Source of the DNA: Deltaproteobacteria bacterium
GTDB lineage: Bacteria; Myxococcota_A; Polyangia; Polyangiales; Houyiibacteriaceae
Direction of reading: 5' to 3'
Assembly: GCA_013151775.1 (NCBI GenBank)
Contig: JAADHO010000307.1
Span: 1-59,297, forward strand
DNA length: 59,297 nt
Of the stretch, positions 27,797 through 36,588 are shown piece after piece. A model generated the notes under the pieces. That model was not told the origin of the DNA and searched no databases. It was given only the letters and a program-made list of their open reading frames with translations. The position numbers and the translations under genes are program-made. The first letter of the stretch is position 1, and each line of letters opens with the position of its first letter.

Positions 27797-28458
27797 CGTC
27801 CGAAAGGTCCCGAGAGGCCGTAGACCCGTGCGTCGCTGGCGCTCTCGTGAAGGTAGGTTCCGCGCTGCTGGTCGGCGGTGCCGATGCCACGGACGCGAGT
27901 GCGCCCACGCGAGGTGTAGGTTGCGCGGAGGTATTGCAGACGACCGCGTCCATCCGAACGGCTGCCTCGCAGCGCGCCCGTGTAGGTGTAGGCGTCGTAG
28001 ATGTCGACGATCACCATGGGCTTGTAGGCGTTGCGCTGGCCCAGCGAGGTTTGATCGAGGGGGACCGAGAGCATGGCCCTGCCCAGGTCGGATCCGTAGA
28101 GCCTGTAGGCGTCGTGGTTCGCCGCGAGCGGCTCTTCGAAGGGCGCAAGGTCGAGGGCCTGCGTGCCCGTGGCGCGGTTGAGCGTGCTGCTCTGAGCCAT
28201 GGCCTGCAAGAGCGCCGCCGGGCCGTAGAAGTCGACCCATGCCATGGCGGCCTGTGCGCCCGCCTCACCGATGTAGTCCGTCTGCAGCGACTGGCGCGAA
28301 TAGCCCGCGCCGCGCACCTCGTAGGCTGTGGTGTGGATGCCCACGATCGCTGTCGCCGTGAGCATCAGCAGCACGAGCATGACCACGAGCATGACGGCGC
28401 CCTCTTGGTCTCGGCGCGGCGTGCGGCGTGCATGTCGGAGTTGGGGTTTTTGGTTCAT
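27793..28458 (-). CDS. pilX: PilX-like minor pilin (PilX N-terminal domain)
   Basis: ATG 28458 shares ATGA with the pilW stop. The N-terminus MNQKPQLRHARRTPRRDQEGAVMLVVMLVLLMLTATAIVG matches the PilX_N pattern. Confidence 0.75.
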   Translation of the reverse strand: MNQKPQLRHARRTPRRDQEGAVMLVVMLVLLMLTATAIVGIHTTAYEVRGAGYSRQSLQTDYIGEAGAQAAMAWVDFYGPAALLQAMAQSSTLNRATGTQALDLAPFEEPLAANHDAYRLYGSDLGRAMLSVPLDQTSLGQRNAYKPMVIVDIYDAYTYTGALRGSRSDGRGRLQYLRATYTSRGRTRVRGIGTADQQRGTYLHESASDARVYGLSGPFGR

Positions 28459-29660
28459 CGGAGGACCCTCGAGGCGACGTTGGGGATCAGGACTTCGGTG
28501 GTGAGCGTGCGGACTCGCGAGGCGCCATCGAGCGCTGGGTTCGCGCGGTAACGCGTGAGCGGCGCGCCAGCGGCTCGGGTCACCCAACGGAACGTCGGCT
28601 CCTGATCGGGTGTGCGGGCCGAGAGGCTGATCATCACGCTGCGCACCCGCTCGGGGAACACGTTGAGCGTGCTCGCGGCGACGCCCTTCTCCTGCGTGGC
28701 GAGCACGGGAGGCTGTCCACGCGCGGACTGGGTGTCGATCACGAAGCGGTATTCGATGTTCGCGACGAATTCGAGGATCACCTGTTCGGAACCGGGGATG
28801 GGTGCAGCGGCGTTGCTGAAGTCCACCTCACGACGGATCAGTACTGCGGGCTTCAAGCCTCGGATGTCGGCCATGACCTTGCCGTCACGGGAGCGCAGGT
28901 TGGCCAGGCTGGCCACGGACTGCGGATCGACCACTCGATACTCGATGCGCGAGATCGGCGAGACCAAGGCGCCATCGCCCAAGCCCGGCACACAAGGGCT
29001 GCCCACGGGCAGGTTCGGCGTGAAGGAGACCGTCTGGCTGCCCGCGTTTGCGCTGGTGATGCGTACGAAGAAGTGCTGCCCCTGCTGCGTCTCGATGTGC
29101 AGAAAACGCCCGGGGCGGAAGACGTCTGTGAACGCGTCGTCGCTGTAGCTGGTGCCGATGATGCCGAAGGTGTGGCGGAAAGCCTGCCAATCGGTCTGGA
29201 AGGTGACGGTGCGTCCCGCGATGCCGAGGCTCTGGGCGAGATAGGCGTCCGAGGTGACGTAGTTGCCCGTCAGCCGGATGCCGTCTGCGGTGACTTGGTT
29301 CTCGCCTGCGTTGGGCAACTTGCTGGCGTCCACATCGGGCAGGTACTCCACCGCGCGCAGGCGCACGCCGCCGGCTGCGGAGCGGCAGCTGACCTCTTTC
29401 TGGGAGTTGGGTGTGCCCAGAAAACCCGCTCGGGCGACGTCGCGTCGCAGGCGATCGATGGCCATGCGCACGGCCATCTGGGTCTGGGCCACGCGCTGCT
29501 GCTCGTGGAAATGCTTCGAAGAGGCCGCGCTGATGTAATAGATCGAGCTGATGGCGATCAGCCCCGCGACCAGGGCGACCATCAGCTCGAGCAGCGTGAA
29601 GCCGGCGCGAGCGGTCTGACGGCGAGAGCCCCTACGAGCCTGGTGTCGAAGCGCGCTCAT
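28455..29660 (-). CDS. pilW: PilW-like type IV pilus minor pilin
   Basis: 401 aa. The prepilin-type N-terminus is ...TARAGFTLLELMVALVAGLIAISSIYY (G|F cleavage/methylation motif with Glu5). Size and operon position are typical of PilW. Confidence 0.8.
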   Translation of the reverse strand: MSALRHQARRGSRRQTARAGFTLLELMVALVAGLIAISSIYYISAASSKHFHEQQRVAQTQMAVRMAIDRLRRDVARAGFLGTPNSQKEVSCRSAAGGVRLRAVEYLPDVDASKLPNAGENQVTADGIRLTGNYVTSDAYLAQSLGIAGRTVTFQTDWQAFRHTFGIIGTSYSDDAFTDVFRPGRFLHIETQQGQHFFVRITSANAGSQTVSFTPNLPVGSPCVPGLGDGALVSPISRIEYRVVDPQSVASLANLRSRDGKVMADIRGLKPAVLIRREVDFSNAAAPIPGSEQVILEFVANIEYRFVIDTQSARGQPPVLATQEKGVAASTLNVFPERVRSVMISLSARTPDQEPTFRWVTRAAGAPLTRYRANPALDGASRVRTLTTEVLIPNVASRVLR

Positions 29661-30280
29661 TGGATAGGCTGCCAGCGGATGATGGTGGCGACGTTCACGG
29701 CGCGAATCCGCGGAACAGCGGCGGCGAGCTCGGCCGTGACTGCGCCCTCTCCTCCACCCGCACCGCAGTTTGGGAAGAGCCGTGCGTCACCGATGGTGCT
29801 GCTCGTGCCGTTGCTGCGGCGATGCCAGAAGGTGCGCGCTTCGACTCGGGCCGTGTCGCCCGTGACGAGCCAAGTCAGGCGTAGATGAGTGCAGTAATGG
29901 CGCTGACCCGCGGTCGTGGTGTCGCGCCCGAAGTAGTCGAAGGCGTAGGAGTCGCCGCTCGCCGCGGGAGGTGTGGGCGTGAACCAACCCGTGGTGCCAC
30001 CGGCGTTCGGGAGAAGCTTCAGGTAGTCCGTCGTGTTGAGGGCGGTGGGCAGATTCGTGCCGTTCCAGCGCAGTCCATCCGTGCGCACACGCTCGACCCA
30101 TTGGCGCGTGAGCTGCGTCGCCATGGTCATCTCGCGCGCCTCGAGGTTGCCTCGCGTGGCCGCCTGCTGCAGGGCCATGATGCCCATGGCGCCCACGGTC
30201 ATGATGGAGATGGCGACCATCACCTCGATCAAGGTGAAGCCAGCTCGGCGAGCACGCTCGGTCGAGTGAAGCCCGCTCAT
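29657..30280 (-). CDS. pilV: PilV-like type IV pilus minor pilin
   Basis: 207 aa. The N-terminus is MSGLHSTERARRAGFTLIEVMVAISIMTVGAMGIMALQ, a prepilin motif followed by the PilV-like block. It has ATGA overlaps on both sides. Confidence 0.8.
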   Translation of the reverse strand: MSGLHSTERARRAGFTLIEVMVAISIMTVGAMGIMALQQAATRGNLEAREMTMATQLTRQWVERVRTDGLRWNGTNLPTALNTTDYLKLLPNAGGTTGWFTPTPPAASGDSYAFDYFGRDTTTAGQRHYCTHLRLTWLVTGDTARVEARTFWHRRSNGTSSTIGDARLFPNCGAGGGEGAVTAELAAAVPRIRAVNVATIIRWQPIQ

Positions 30281-30903
30281 CGCAGCACCCTCGCGTCGCC
30301 GCCCAGCGGCACGACCACCCAGCGCGTCACGCCCTTCGGGGTGCCGCCGACTCGGCGCACGAAGGAGAACCGAAAGCCTCCGAACAGCCTATCGGCCGAG
30401 GTGTTCCTATCCGTGAAGCGTCCGCCGATGCCCGACGCGCTCCGACGATAGAACGTGCGCCCGGAGGGTTCGAAGCAGATGTCCAGCGGGTTGTGTCCCG
30501 GAGCGCGCATGCGCACCGTCTGATCGCCCCGCGCGTACTCTCGCATGTCGAGGCTCTCGATGCAGAGGGGGTTGCTCGCGCAGGTGCCGAGCATCACCGT
30601 GGGCCAATCCGTGGCGTTGCAGCGGTTGTTCAGGCCGCGATAGACTTGGATGGAGCCGTTGCCTCCACCGCTCACCGCCGTGTAGCGGGCGAGGTAGGCG
30701 CGCCCATAGCCCTGGGACGCCGAGCGGGCGCGGGTCATCAACCGCACCATGTCCGAGGCGGCGCGCGCGGAGCGCTGCTCTTGGACGCCCGCGGCGATCG
30801 AGGGTCCGGCGACCGCCGCCATCACGGCGATCACGGTGACGACGATCATCAGCTCCAGCAAGGTGAAGCCGTCTGAGCGACGGTGCTGTCGAGAGCGCAA
30901 CAT
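30277..30903 (-). CDS. FimT/FimU (GspH-like) type IV pilus minor pilin
   Basis: ATG 30903 gives MLRSRQHRRSDGFTLLELMIVVTVIAVMAAVAGPSI...ARAASDMVRLMTRAR, the prepilin motif plus a GspH-like block. It is the first gene of the cassette. Confidence 0.75.
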   Translation of the reverse strand: MLRSRQHRRSDGFTLLELMIVVTVIAVMAAVAGPSIAAGVQEQRSARAASDMVRLMTRARSASQGYGRAYLARYTAVSGGGNGSIQVYRGLNNRCNATDWPTVMLGTCASNPLCIESLDMREYARGDQTVRMRAPGHNPLDICFEPSGRTFYRRSASGIGGRFTDRNTSADRLFGGFRFSFVRRVGGTPKGVTRWVVVPLGGDARVLR

Positions 30904-30997
30904 AACTCGGGAGCTTTGTTGCAATGCCCATACCCTGCGTCGTCCAGGATCCATCTCATTGAAATCACAAAGCATTTTGACGTCCCGGGCGCGTTCT

Positions 30998-31018
30998 GCA
31001 CCGCATCCGATGCGGTGC
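30998..31018. repeat. 21-bp perfect palindrome GCACCGCATC-c-GATGCGGTGC (candidate operator)
   Basis: Direct reading gives 10-bp arms around a single central base. It sits in the divergent intergenic region, 95 nt upstream of the fimT/U-like start and 140 nt upstream of vapB. The function is not established. Confidence 0.9.
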
Positions 31019-31157
31019 TATGAAAACATTTCCAGCCCCAGCGGGCCCACGAGCCCAGAGTGTAGGCCGCCGAGACCGGCTCGATCTACTTCCGAACGAG
31101 AGCCCAGAGGCTATCACTCGGATTGCGTACTACGAGTATGTAGAGTACGTATTACCC

Positions 31158-31391
31158 ATGAGTCGAAGTATGCGGACGGTCTCGCTGAAGCTCCCGGAAG
31201 ACCTCGATCATGATCTGAGCGAGCTCGCGAAGAGGCGCGGTGAGACACGATCGATGCTCATTCGAGAAGCGATCGCCGCGTATACGCGACAGCATCGTCG
31301 TTCGGTCACGGACGTGGCTGAAGACCTCGTCGGCTCACTCGCGGGCCCCAGCGAGCTCTCCACTCGAGATCTCTCCGGCTACGGAGAGTGA
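31158..31391 (+). CDS. vapB: ribbon-helix-helix (CopG/VapB-type) antitoxin
   Basis: 77 aa from ATG 31158: MSRSMRTVSLKLPEDLDHDLSELAKRRGETRSMLIREAIAAY. This is a classical RHH beta-strand plus two helices. The stop overlaps the vapC GTG (GTGA at 31388-31391). Confidence 0.8.
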   Translation: MSRSMRTVSLKLPEDLDHDLSELAKRRGETRSMLIREAIAAYTRQHRRSVTDVAEDLVGSLAGPSELSTRDLSGYGE

Positions 31392-31801
31392 GGTCGTTCC
31401 TGATCGACACGGGGCCAATCGTCGCCCTCCTCAACGGCCGCGATCGGCATCACGCTTGGATCAGGGATCTGCTGCGCACGGTCGAGCCCCCGCTCCACAC
31501 CTGCGAGGCGGTGCTCTCAGAAGCCTGCTTCCTTCTGCGGCAGCTCGAGGGAGGCGCCGATGCCGTGCTCGAGCTCTGCGCGCGTGGCGTCCTGCGCGCG
31601 GGCTTCTCCTTCGATCGCGAGCAGGACGAAGTGCGGATGCTGATGCGCAAGTACGCCAACGTCCCCATGTCGCTCGCGGACGCATGTCTCGTCCGCATGA
31701 CCGAGCTCGACGACGACAGCGTCCTCTTGACCTTGGACAGCGACTTTCGGATCTACCGTCGCCACCGTCGCCGGGTCGTGCCTCTGCGAACGCCAGGCTG
31801 A
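31388..31801 (+). CDS. vapC: PIN-domain ribonuclease toxin
   Basis: 137 aa. PIN acidic residues sit in the expected contexts: FLIDTGP, CEAVLSEACFLL, MSLADACLV and LLTLDSDF. It is 4-nt coupled to the upstream RHH gene. Confidence 0.85.
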   Translation: MRSFLIDTGPIVALLNGRDRHHAWIRDLLRTVEPPLHTCEAVLSEACFLLRQLEGGADAVLELCARGVLRAGFSFDREQDEVRMLMRKYANVPMSLADACLVRMTELDDDSVLLTLDSDFRIYRRHRRRVVPLRTPG

Positions 31802-31931
31802 ACGCTACACGTCGAGGTGCAGCGTTCGTGTGTCAACGGTGGTCTCTCGGATTCTCGGAGAACTTGCTACCGTCCGTGCGACTTCATCGCCACTGAGGTC
31901 ACCGGTAAGCTGGGTGTGCTACGCCACGCGC

Positions 31932-34472
31932 ATGACCACGCCCACGCTCACGCGATACCTGCCGCCCGCGGGCAGCGACGTCGCGGACGCAGCCCTCTCG
32001 GACCTGCTGCTCGACGGTTTCCTCTCCTATGCGGAGGAGCTTGGGCTCGAGCTCTATCCGGCGCAGGAGGAGGCGATCCTCGAGCTCTTCGGCGGATCGA
32101 GCGTGGTGCTCGCCACGCCCACCGGCAGCGGCAAGTCCTTGGTCGCTCTCGCCGTGGCCTTCGAGGCGCTCGCCAAGGGCCTGCGCTCCTTCTACACGGC
32201 GCCGATCAAGGCGCTCGTCACCGAGAAATTCTTCGACCTCTGCCGCGCCCTCGGACCCGAGAACGTAGGTTTGATGACCGGCGATGCCACGGTCAATCGC
32301 GACGCGCCCATCATCTGCTGCACGGCGGAGATCCTCTCGAACCTGGCGCTGCGGGAGGGTGCACGGACGCAGGTGGATCGCGTGGTGATGGACGAGTTCC
32401 ACTACTACTCGGATCGCGACCGCGGCTTGGCGTGGCAGGCGCCACTCCTGATCCTCGAGCGCGCGCGCTTCCTCTTGATGAGTGCGACCCTCGGCGACAC
32501 CACGCGCATCGAGTCGACGGTGGAGGAGCTCACGGGCGCGCCCTGCGTGACGGTGCGCAGCGATCAGCGCCCCGTGCCCCTCGACTACGAGTACCGGCTC
32601 ACGCCGATCCACGAGACGCTCTACGACCTGCTCGAGCAGGGGCGTGCGCCCATCTACGTCGTGCACTTCACGCAGCGCGCCGCCACCGAGCGGGCGCAGG
32701 ACCTGATGAGCGTCGACTACCTGACCAAGGACGAGAAGCGCGCCATCAAGGACGAGCTGCGCGGAGCGCGTTGGCCCACGCCCTTCGGCAAGGAGCTGAA
32801 GCGCTTCCTGCACCACGGTGTGGGCGTGCACCACGCGGGGCTCCTGCCGCGCTATCGACGCGTGGTGGAGAAGCTCGCGCAGAAGGGCATGCTGCGCATC
32901 ATCTGCGGCACAGACACCCTCGGCGTGGGTGTGAACGTGCCGATACGAACCGTGCTCTTCACGCAGCTCTGCAAGTTCGACGGCGAGAAGGTCGGCGTGC
33001 TCTCCGTGCGCGATTTTCAACAGATCGCGGGGCGCGCGGGCAGGCGTGGCTATGACGCGCAAGGTTCCGTCGTGGCGCAGGCGCCCGAGCACGTGGTCGA
33101 GAACGAGTCCATGCGCCGCAAGGCCGCCGGCGACTCCAAGAAGTTGCGCAAGATGAAGCCGAAGAAGCCGCCGGATCGCGGCTACGCGCACTTCGACGAG
33201 GCGACCTTCGACAAGCTGCGCTCGAGCGCGCCGGAGGCGCTCATCCCGCGCTTCCGCGTGACCCACAGCATGCTGCTCGACGTGCTCGCGCGTCCCGACG
33301 AGGATGGCTGCAAGGCGATGAAGAGCCTGCTTCGCAAGAGCCACCTCTCGCGCAAGCAGACCTTCTCCGAGGGTCGCCGCGCCATCTCCATGCTGCGCTC
33401 TCTGCTCGACGCGGACGTCTTGCGCCCGAGCGAAGGCGGCCACGGCTTCGTCGTCGCGGGCGATCTGCAGACCGACTTCTCGCTGAATCAATCTCTGAGT
33501 CTCTACGCGGTGGAGGCGATCGACGCGATGGACACGGAGTCTCCCACCTACGCCCTCGACGTCATCAGCCTGATGGAGGCGATTCAGGAGAACCCCGGCG
33601 TCGTCTTGCTGAAGCAGGTCGACCTCGCGAAGAAGCGCGCCATCGACGCCATGAAGGCCGAAGGCATCGAATACGACGAGCGCATGAAGGAGCTCGAGAA
33701 GATCGATCGCCCGAAGCCTCTGCAAGAGTTTCTCTACCTCACCTTCGACGAGTTCCGCGAGCACCACCCCTGGCTCGAAGGGGAGAACGTGCGGCCCAAG
33801 AGCGTCGCGCGCGACCTCTGGGAGCAGGGCCTGAGCTTCAACGACTACGTGAAGGAGTATGGCCTCGCGCGCTCGGAGGGCGTGCTGCTGCGCTACCTCT
33901 CGCAGGCGGTGAAGGCGCTGGTGCAGAACGTGCCCGAGGACGCGAAGACGGAGGAACTCTACGACATCACGGAGTCCCTGGCGGCCAGTGTGCGCATGGT
34001 GGACGCGAGCCTGCTCGACGAGTGGGAGCGCCTCGGCGACCCCGAGAAGCAGGCGGCGGATTCCGAGGTGGTCGAGGACGAAGAGCCGGACATCACGCGG
34101 GACAAGAAGGCCTTCACGGCCATGATCCGCAACGAGTGCTTCCGCTTCATGCGCGCCCTCGGTCGCGGTCGCTTCGAGGAGGCCGCGAAGATCTTGGTGG
34201 AGACGTCCGACGCCTGGGATGCGGAACGCCTCGCGGACGCGATGGCGAAGTTCCGCGAGGCCCACGGCGCGCTGCGTCTCGACGCCCAGGCGCGGGCGCC
34301 CAAGAACCTGCTCGTTCAACAGGGCGTAGACGTCTGGGAGCTGACCCAGATCCTGCTCGACGAGGACGATGACCGAGATTTCTGCTTCCGAGCGTGCGTG
34401 GATCTCGAGCTGGCTCGGCAGGAGGGACGACCGAGGCTACGGCTGTTCTCGCTCGGAGACGGAGCGAGCTGA
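31932..34472 (+). CDS. DExH-box (Ski2-like) helicase with long C-terminal helical domain (DUF3516-like)
   Basis: Helicase motifs are ATPTGSGKSLVA (Walker A), MDEFHYY (DEFH box), MSATLG, HHAGLLP, TDTLGVGVNVP and QIAGRAGRRGYD. ATG 31932 (MTTPTLTRYLPPAG) is preferred over the ORF-track start at 31830. Confidence 0.9.
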   Translation: MTTPTLTRYLPPAGSDVADAALSDLLLDGFLSYAEELGLELYPAQEEAILELFGGSSVVLATPTGSGKSLVALAVAFEALAKGLRSFYTAPIKALVTEKFFDLCRALGPENVGLMTGDATVNRDAPIICCTAEILSNLALREGARTQVDRVVMDEFHYYSDRDRGLAWQAPLLILERARFLLMSATLGDTTRIESTVEELTGAPCVTVRSDQRPVPLDYEYRLTPIHETLYDLLEQGRAPIYVVHFTQRAATERAQDLMSVDYLTKDEKRAIKDELRGARWPTPFGKELKRFLHHGVGVHHAGLLPRYRRVVEKLAQKGMLRIICGTDTLGVGVNVPIRTVLFTQLCKFDGEKVGVLSVRDFQQIAGRAGRRGYDAQGSVVAQAPEHVVENESMRRKAAGDSKKLRKMKPKKPPDRGYAHFDEATFDKLRSSAPEALIPRFRVTHSMLLDVLARPDEDGCKAMKSLLRKSHLSRKQTFSEGRRAISMLRSLLDADVLRPSEGGHGFVVAGDLQTDFSLNQSLSLYAVEAIDAMDTESPTYALDVISLMEAIQENPGVVLLKQVDLAKKRAIDAMKAEGIEYDERMKELEKIDRPKPLQEFLYLTFDEFREHHPWLEGENVRPKSVARDLWEQGLSFNDYVKEYGLARSEGVLLRYLSQAVKALVQNVPEDAKTEELYDITESLAASVRMVDASLLDEWERLGDPEKQAADSEVVEDEEPDITRDKKAFTAMIRNECFRFMRALGRGRFEEAAKILVETSDAWDAERLADAMAKFREAHGALRLDAQARAPKNLLVQQGVDVWELTQILLDEDDDRDFCFRACVDLELARQEGRPRLRLFSLGDGAS

Positions 34473-34589
34473 TTCCGTCGCCTTAGGTGGAGCCTCGCGA
34501 TCAGTGGTAAGATAGCTGAGCGTTTTCAGTGGTCAGGGCTCGTCTGGGATATGTGGTCCCAAGTCGGTGGACGGGCAATCGAGGTCATC

Positions 34590-36563
34590 ATGTCGGTTTC
34601 CCGCTTCACACTCACGCCTGCAGCGGCGTTTCTCCTCTTGTCCGTCGGGGCCCTCGTGCCCGCCTGTGACTGTAGCGGCAGCACAGGAGGTGGGGCTTCT
34701 TGCGTGAACTCGTCCACGTGTACCGGCGACCAAATCTGCATCGACGGAACGTGTCGCGCGCGCACCAGAGTTGACTCGGGTCGCGTGGAGCCCGGCTGTA
34801 ACGATCGCGACGGCGACGGTTTCGGCGACGGCTGCGCCGCCGGTCCCGATTGTGACGACGGCAATCCGACGCAGACGGGGCGTGAGGTCTGCGACGGAGC
34901 GGACAACGACTGTGACGGCGTCGTCGACAATGGCGTCGTCTCGGAGTGCGGAGACTGCAACCCGGACTGTCGTCTCGAGGGACATGGCGTGGGCACACCG
35001 ACGCCCTTCGATCCCGAGGCGGATCCTTCCGATGGTGTTGGGCTCGACCCCACCGGCGCACTGATCCTCGACTCGCGCCGCGTGAACACCAACATCATCT
35101 GGATCGCCGAGACCTGGCAGGGCACCGTGTCGAAGTACTCGACGGAGGCGCCTTATCCGGAGCTCGGGCGCTACAACACGGGCCCCGACGGCGCGGCCAA
35201 CGACCCCTCGCGCACCTCGGTCAACAGCCTCGGCGACGTCTACGTGGGCAACCGCGGAGGCAACAGCGTCAGCCGCATCTCCGTGCTCGGCTCGGACTGC
35301 CCCGACACCAACGGTGACGGCGTGATCACCACCTCCTCTGGCTCGGACGTGTTGGCCGTGGGCGCGGACGACTGCGTGCTGTGGACGACGGATCTCGAGA
35401 CGGCCATGCCGGGAGAGCGCCACGTCCGCGCCGTGGCCGCGCAGGACGTGGACGGCCCCGACGGGGAGCTGCTCGAGTACGTCTGGATCGGAGGCTACGA
35501 CACCAACCGGATCGCCAAGCTCGACGGAAACACGGGCGCCGTGCTCTTCACCACGCCCTCGGTGAACAACCCCTACGGCTTCGCCATGGACGGCAGCGGT
35601 AACCTCTGGATCTCCACCCGCGCTGGCAACTACCTCGGCCGGGTCGACACGACTCGTTGCATCGACGAGGCGAGTTGCGCGGGCGCCGTGTGTCAGGGTG
35701 AAGGCCCTGGCTTCGACGACTGCGTGAAGCAGCGCATCCCGACCCCGATGCTGCCCTACGGTATCACCGTGGACTTCAATCAGCGCGTCTGGCTCGGCGG
35801 CGCGGACGTCGGTCGCTACACGCCCACGGCAGCGCCCGGCTCGCGCTGGCAGACCTCGGGGCTACCCTATGGCGGAATCGCGGTGCATGGCATCGCGGCG
35901 GACGCGGAGGGCTGGATCTGGGGCGGCGCGCAAGGCAACGGCGTGGTGCGCATCGAGGCCGACAACCCACGCAACTACCTGGCGGTGCCTGGCACGACGG
36001 GCATGCCGAACAAGGGCATGGCGGTGGACGCCGACGGCAAGATCTGGTGCATCCGCTACAACGACGCGGCCACCGTGATCACGCCCGGCGCGGCCATCGG
36101 CGACAACGTCGTGAACACGGGAGTGGCGACCTATGGCTCCGGTCTGCTGCGCTACACCTACTCCGACATGACGGGTCTGCAGCTGCGCCTGGCGACCAAC
36201 CCACGCGGCTACTATCGCCACATCTACGAGGGCTGTCCGGCGGGCTCCCCAACGCCTACGGATTGGGGCGAGGTGCGCTGGGACGCCGACACCCCTCCGG
36301 GCACGACCGTGCTCTTCCGTGTGAAGACGGCCGACACCCGCGCCGCGCTCGACGCAGCCGACTGGACATTGGTGGCGACGTCGCCGCCCGACGCCTCGCC
36401 CGCTTCCATCGGTGCCGCGCTCACGGCTGCGGGCATCACGCCTGGCCGCCTGCTGATGCTCGAGATCGTGCTACGCGCCGAGCGCACGAGCGCCACAGAG
36501 GTGATCACCCCCGTGGTTCGCAGCTCCGAGGTGACTCACAGCTGCCCGCCCGACTTCGGCTGA
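34590..36563 (+). CDS. secreted lipoprotein with MopE-like Cys-rich motif and beta-propeller-like body
   Basis: ATG 34590 gives MSVSRFTLTPAAAFLLLSVGALVPAC|D. The Cys-rich module is NDRDGDGFGDGCAAGPDCDDGNPTQTGREVCDGADNDCDGVVDNG. Repeated blade-like blocks follow (NPYGFAMDGSGNLWIS, LPYGITVDFNQRVWLG, VHGIAADAEGWIWGG, NKGMAVDADGKIWC). Confidence 0.75.
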   Translation: MSVSRFTLTPAAAFLLLSVGALVPACDCSGSTGGGASCVNSSTCTGDQICIDGTCRARTRVDSGRVEPGCNDRDGDGFGDGCAAGPDCDDGNPTQTGREVCDGADNDCDGVVDNGVVSECGDCNPDCRLEGHGVGTPTPFDPEADPSDGVGLDPTGALILDSRRVNTNIIWIAETWQGTVSKYSTEAPYPELGRYNTGPDGAANDPSRTSVNSLGDVYVGNRGGNSVSRISVLGSDCPDTNGDGVITTSSGSDVLAVGADDCVLWTTDLETAMPGERHVRAVAAQDVDGPDGELLEYVWIGGYDTNRIAKLDGNTGAVLFTTPSVNNPYGFAMDGSGNLWISTRAGNYLGRVDTTRCIDEASCAGAVCQGEGPGFDDCVKQRIPTPMLPYGITVDFNQRVWLGGADVGRYTPTAAPGSRWQTSGLPYGGIAVHGIAADAEGWIWGGAQGNGVVRIEADNPRNYLAVPGTTGMPNKGMAVDADGKIWCIRYNDAATVITPGAAIGDNVVNTGVATYGSGLLRYTYSDMTGLQLRLATNPRGYYRHIYEGCPAGSPTPTDWGEVRWDADTPPGTTVLFRVKTADTRAALDAADWTLVATSPPDASPASIGAALTAAGITPGRLLMLEIVLRAERTSATEVITPVVRSSEVTHSCPPDFG

Positions 36564-36588
36564 TCCGCGCGTCGGCGCGCCGACTCCC

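Noticed and set aside
30904-31157. A sigma-54 (GG-N10-GC) promoter upstream of the minor-pilin operon.
   Set aside because: I scanned the minus strand of the intergenic region. The nearest candidates (around TATGGGCATTGCAACAAAGC) do not have the GG and GC dinucleotides at the required spacing. No call made.
31899-34319. 806-aa minus-strand ORF.
   Set aside because: It is antisense to the DExH helicase, in which all helicase motifs are readable on the plus strand. The translation is Arg/Glu/Leu/His-rich and has no motifs.
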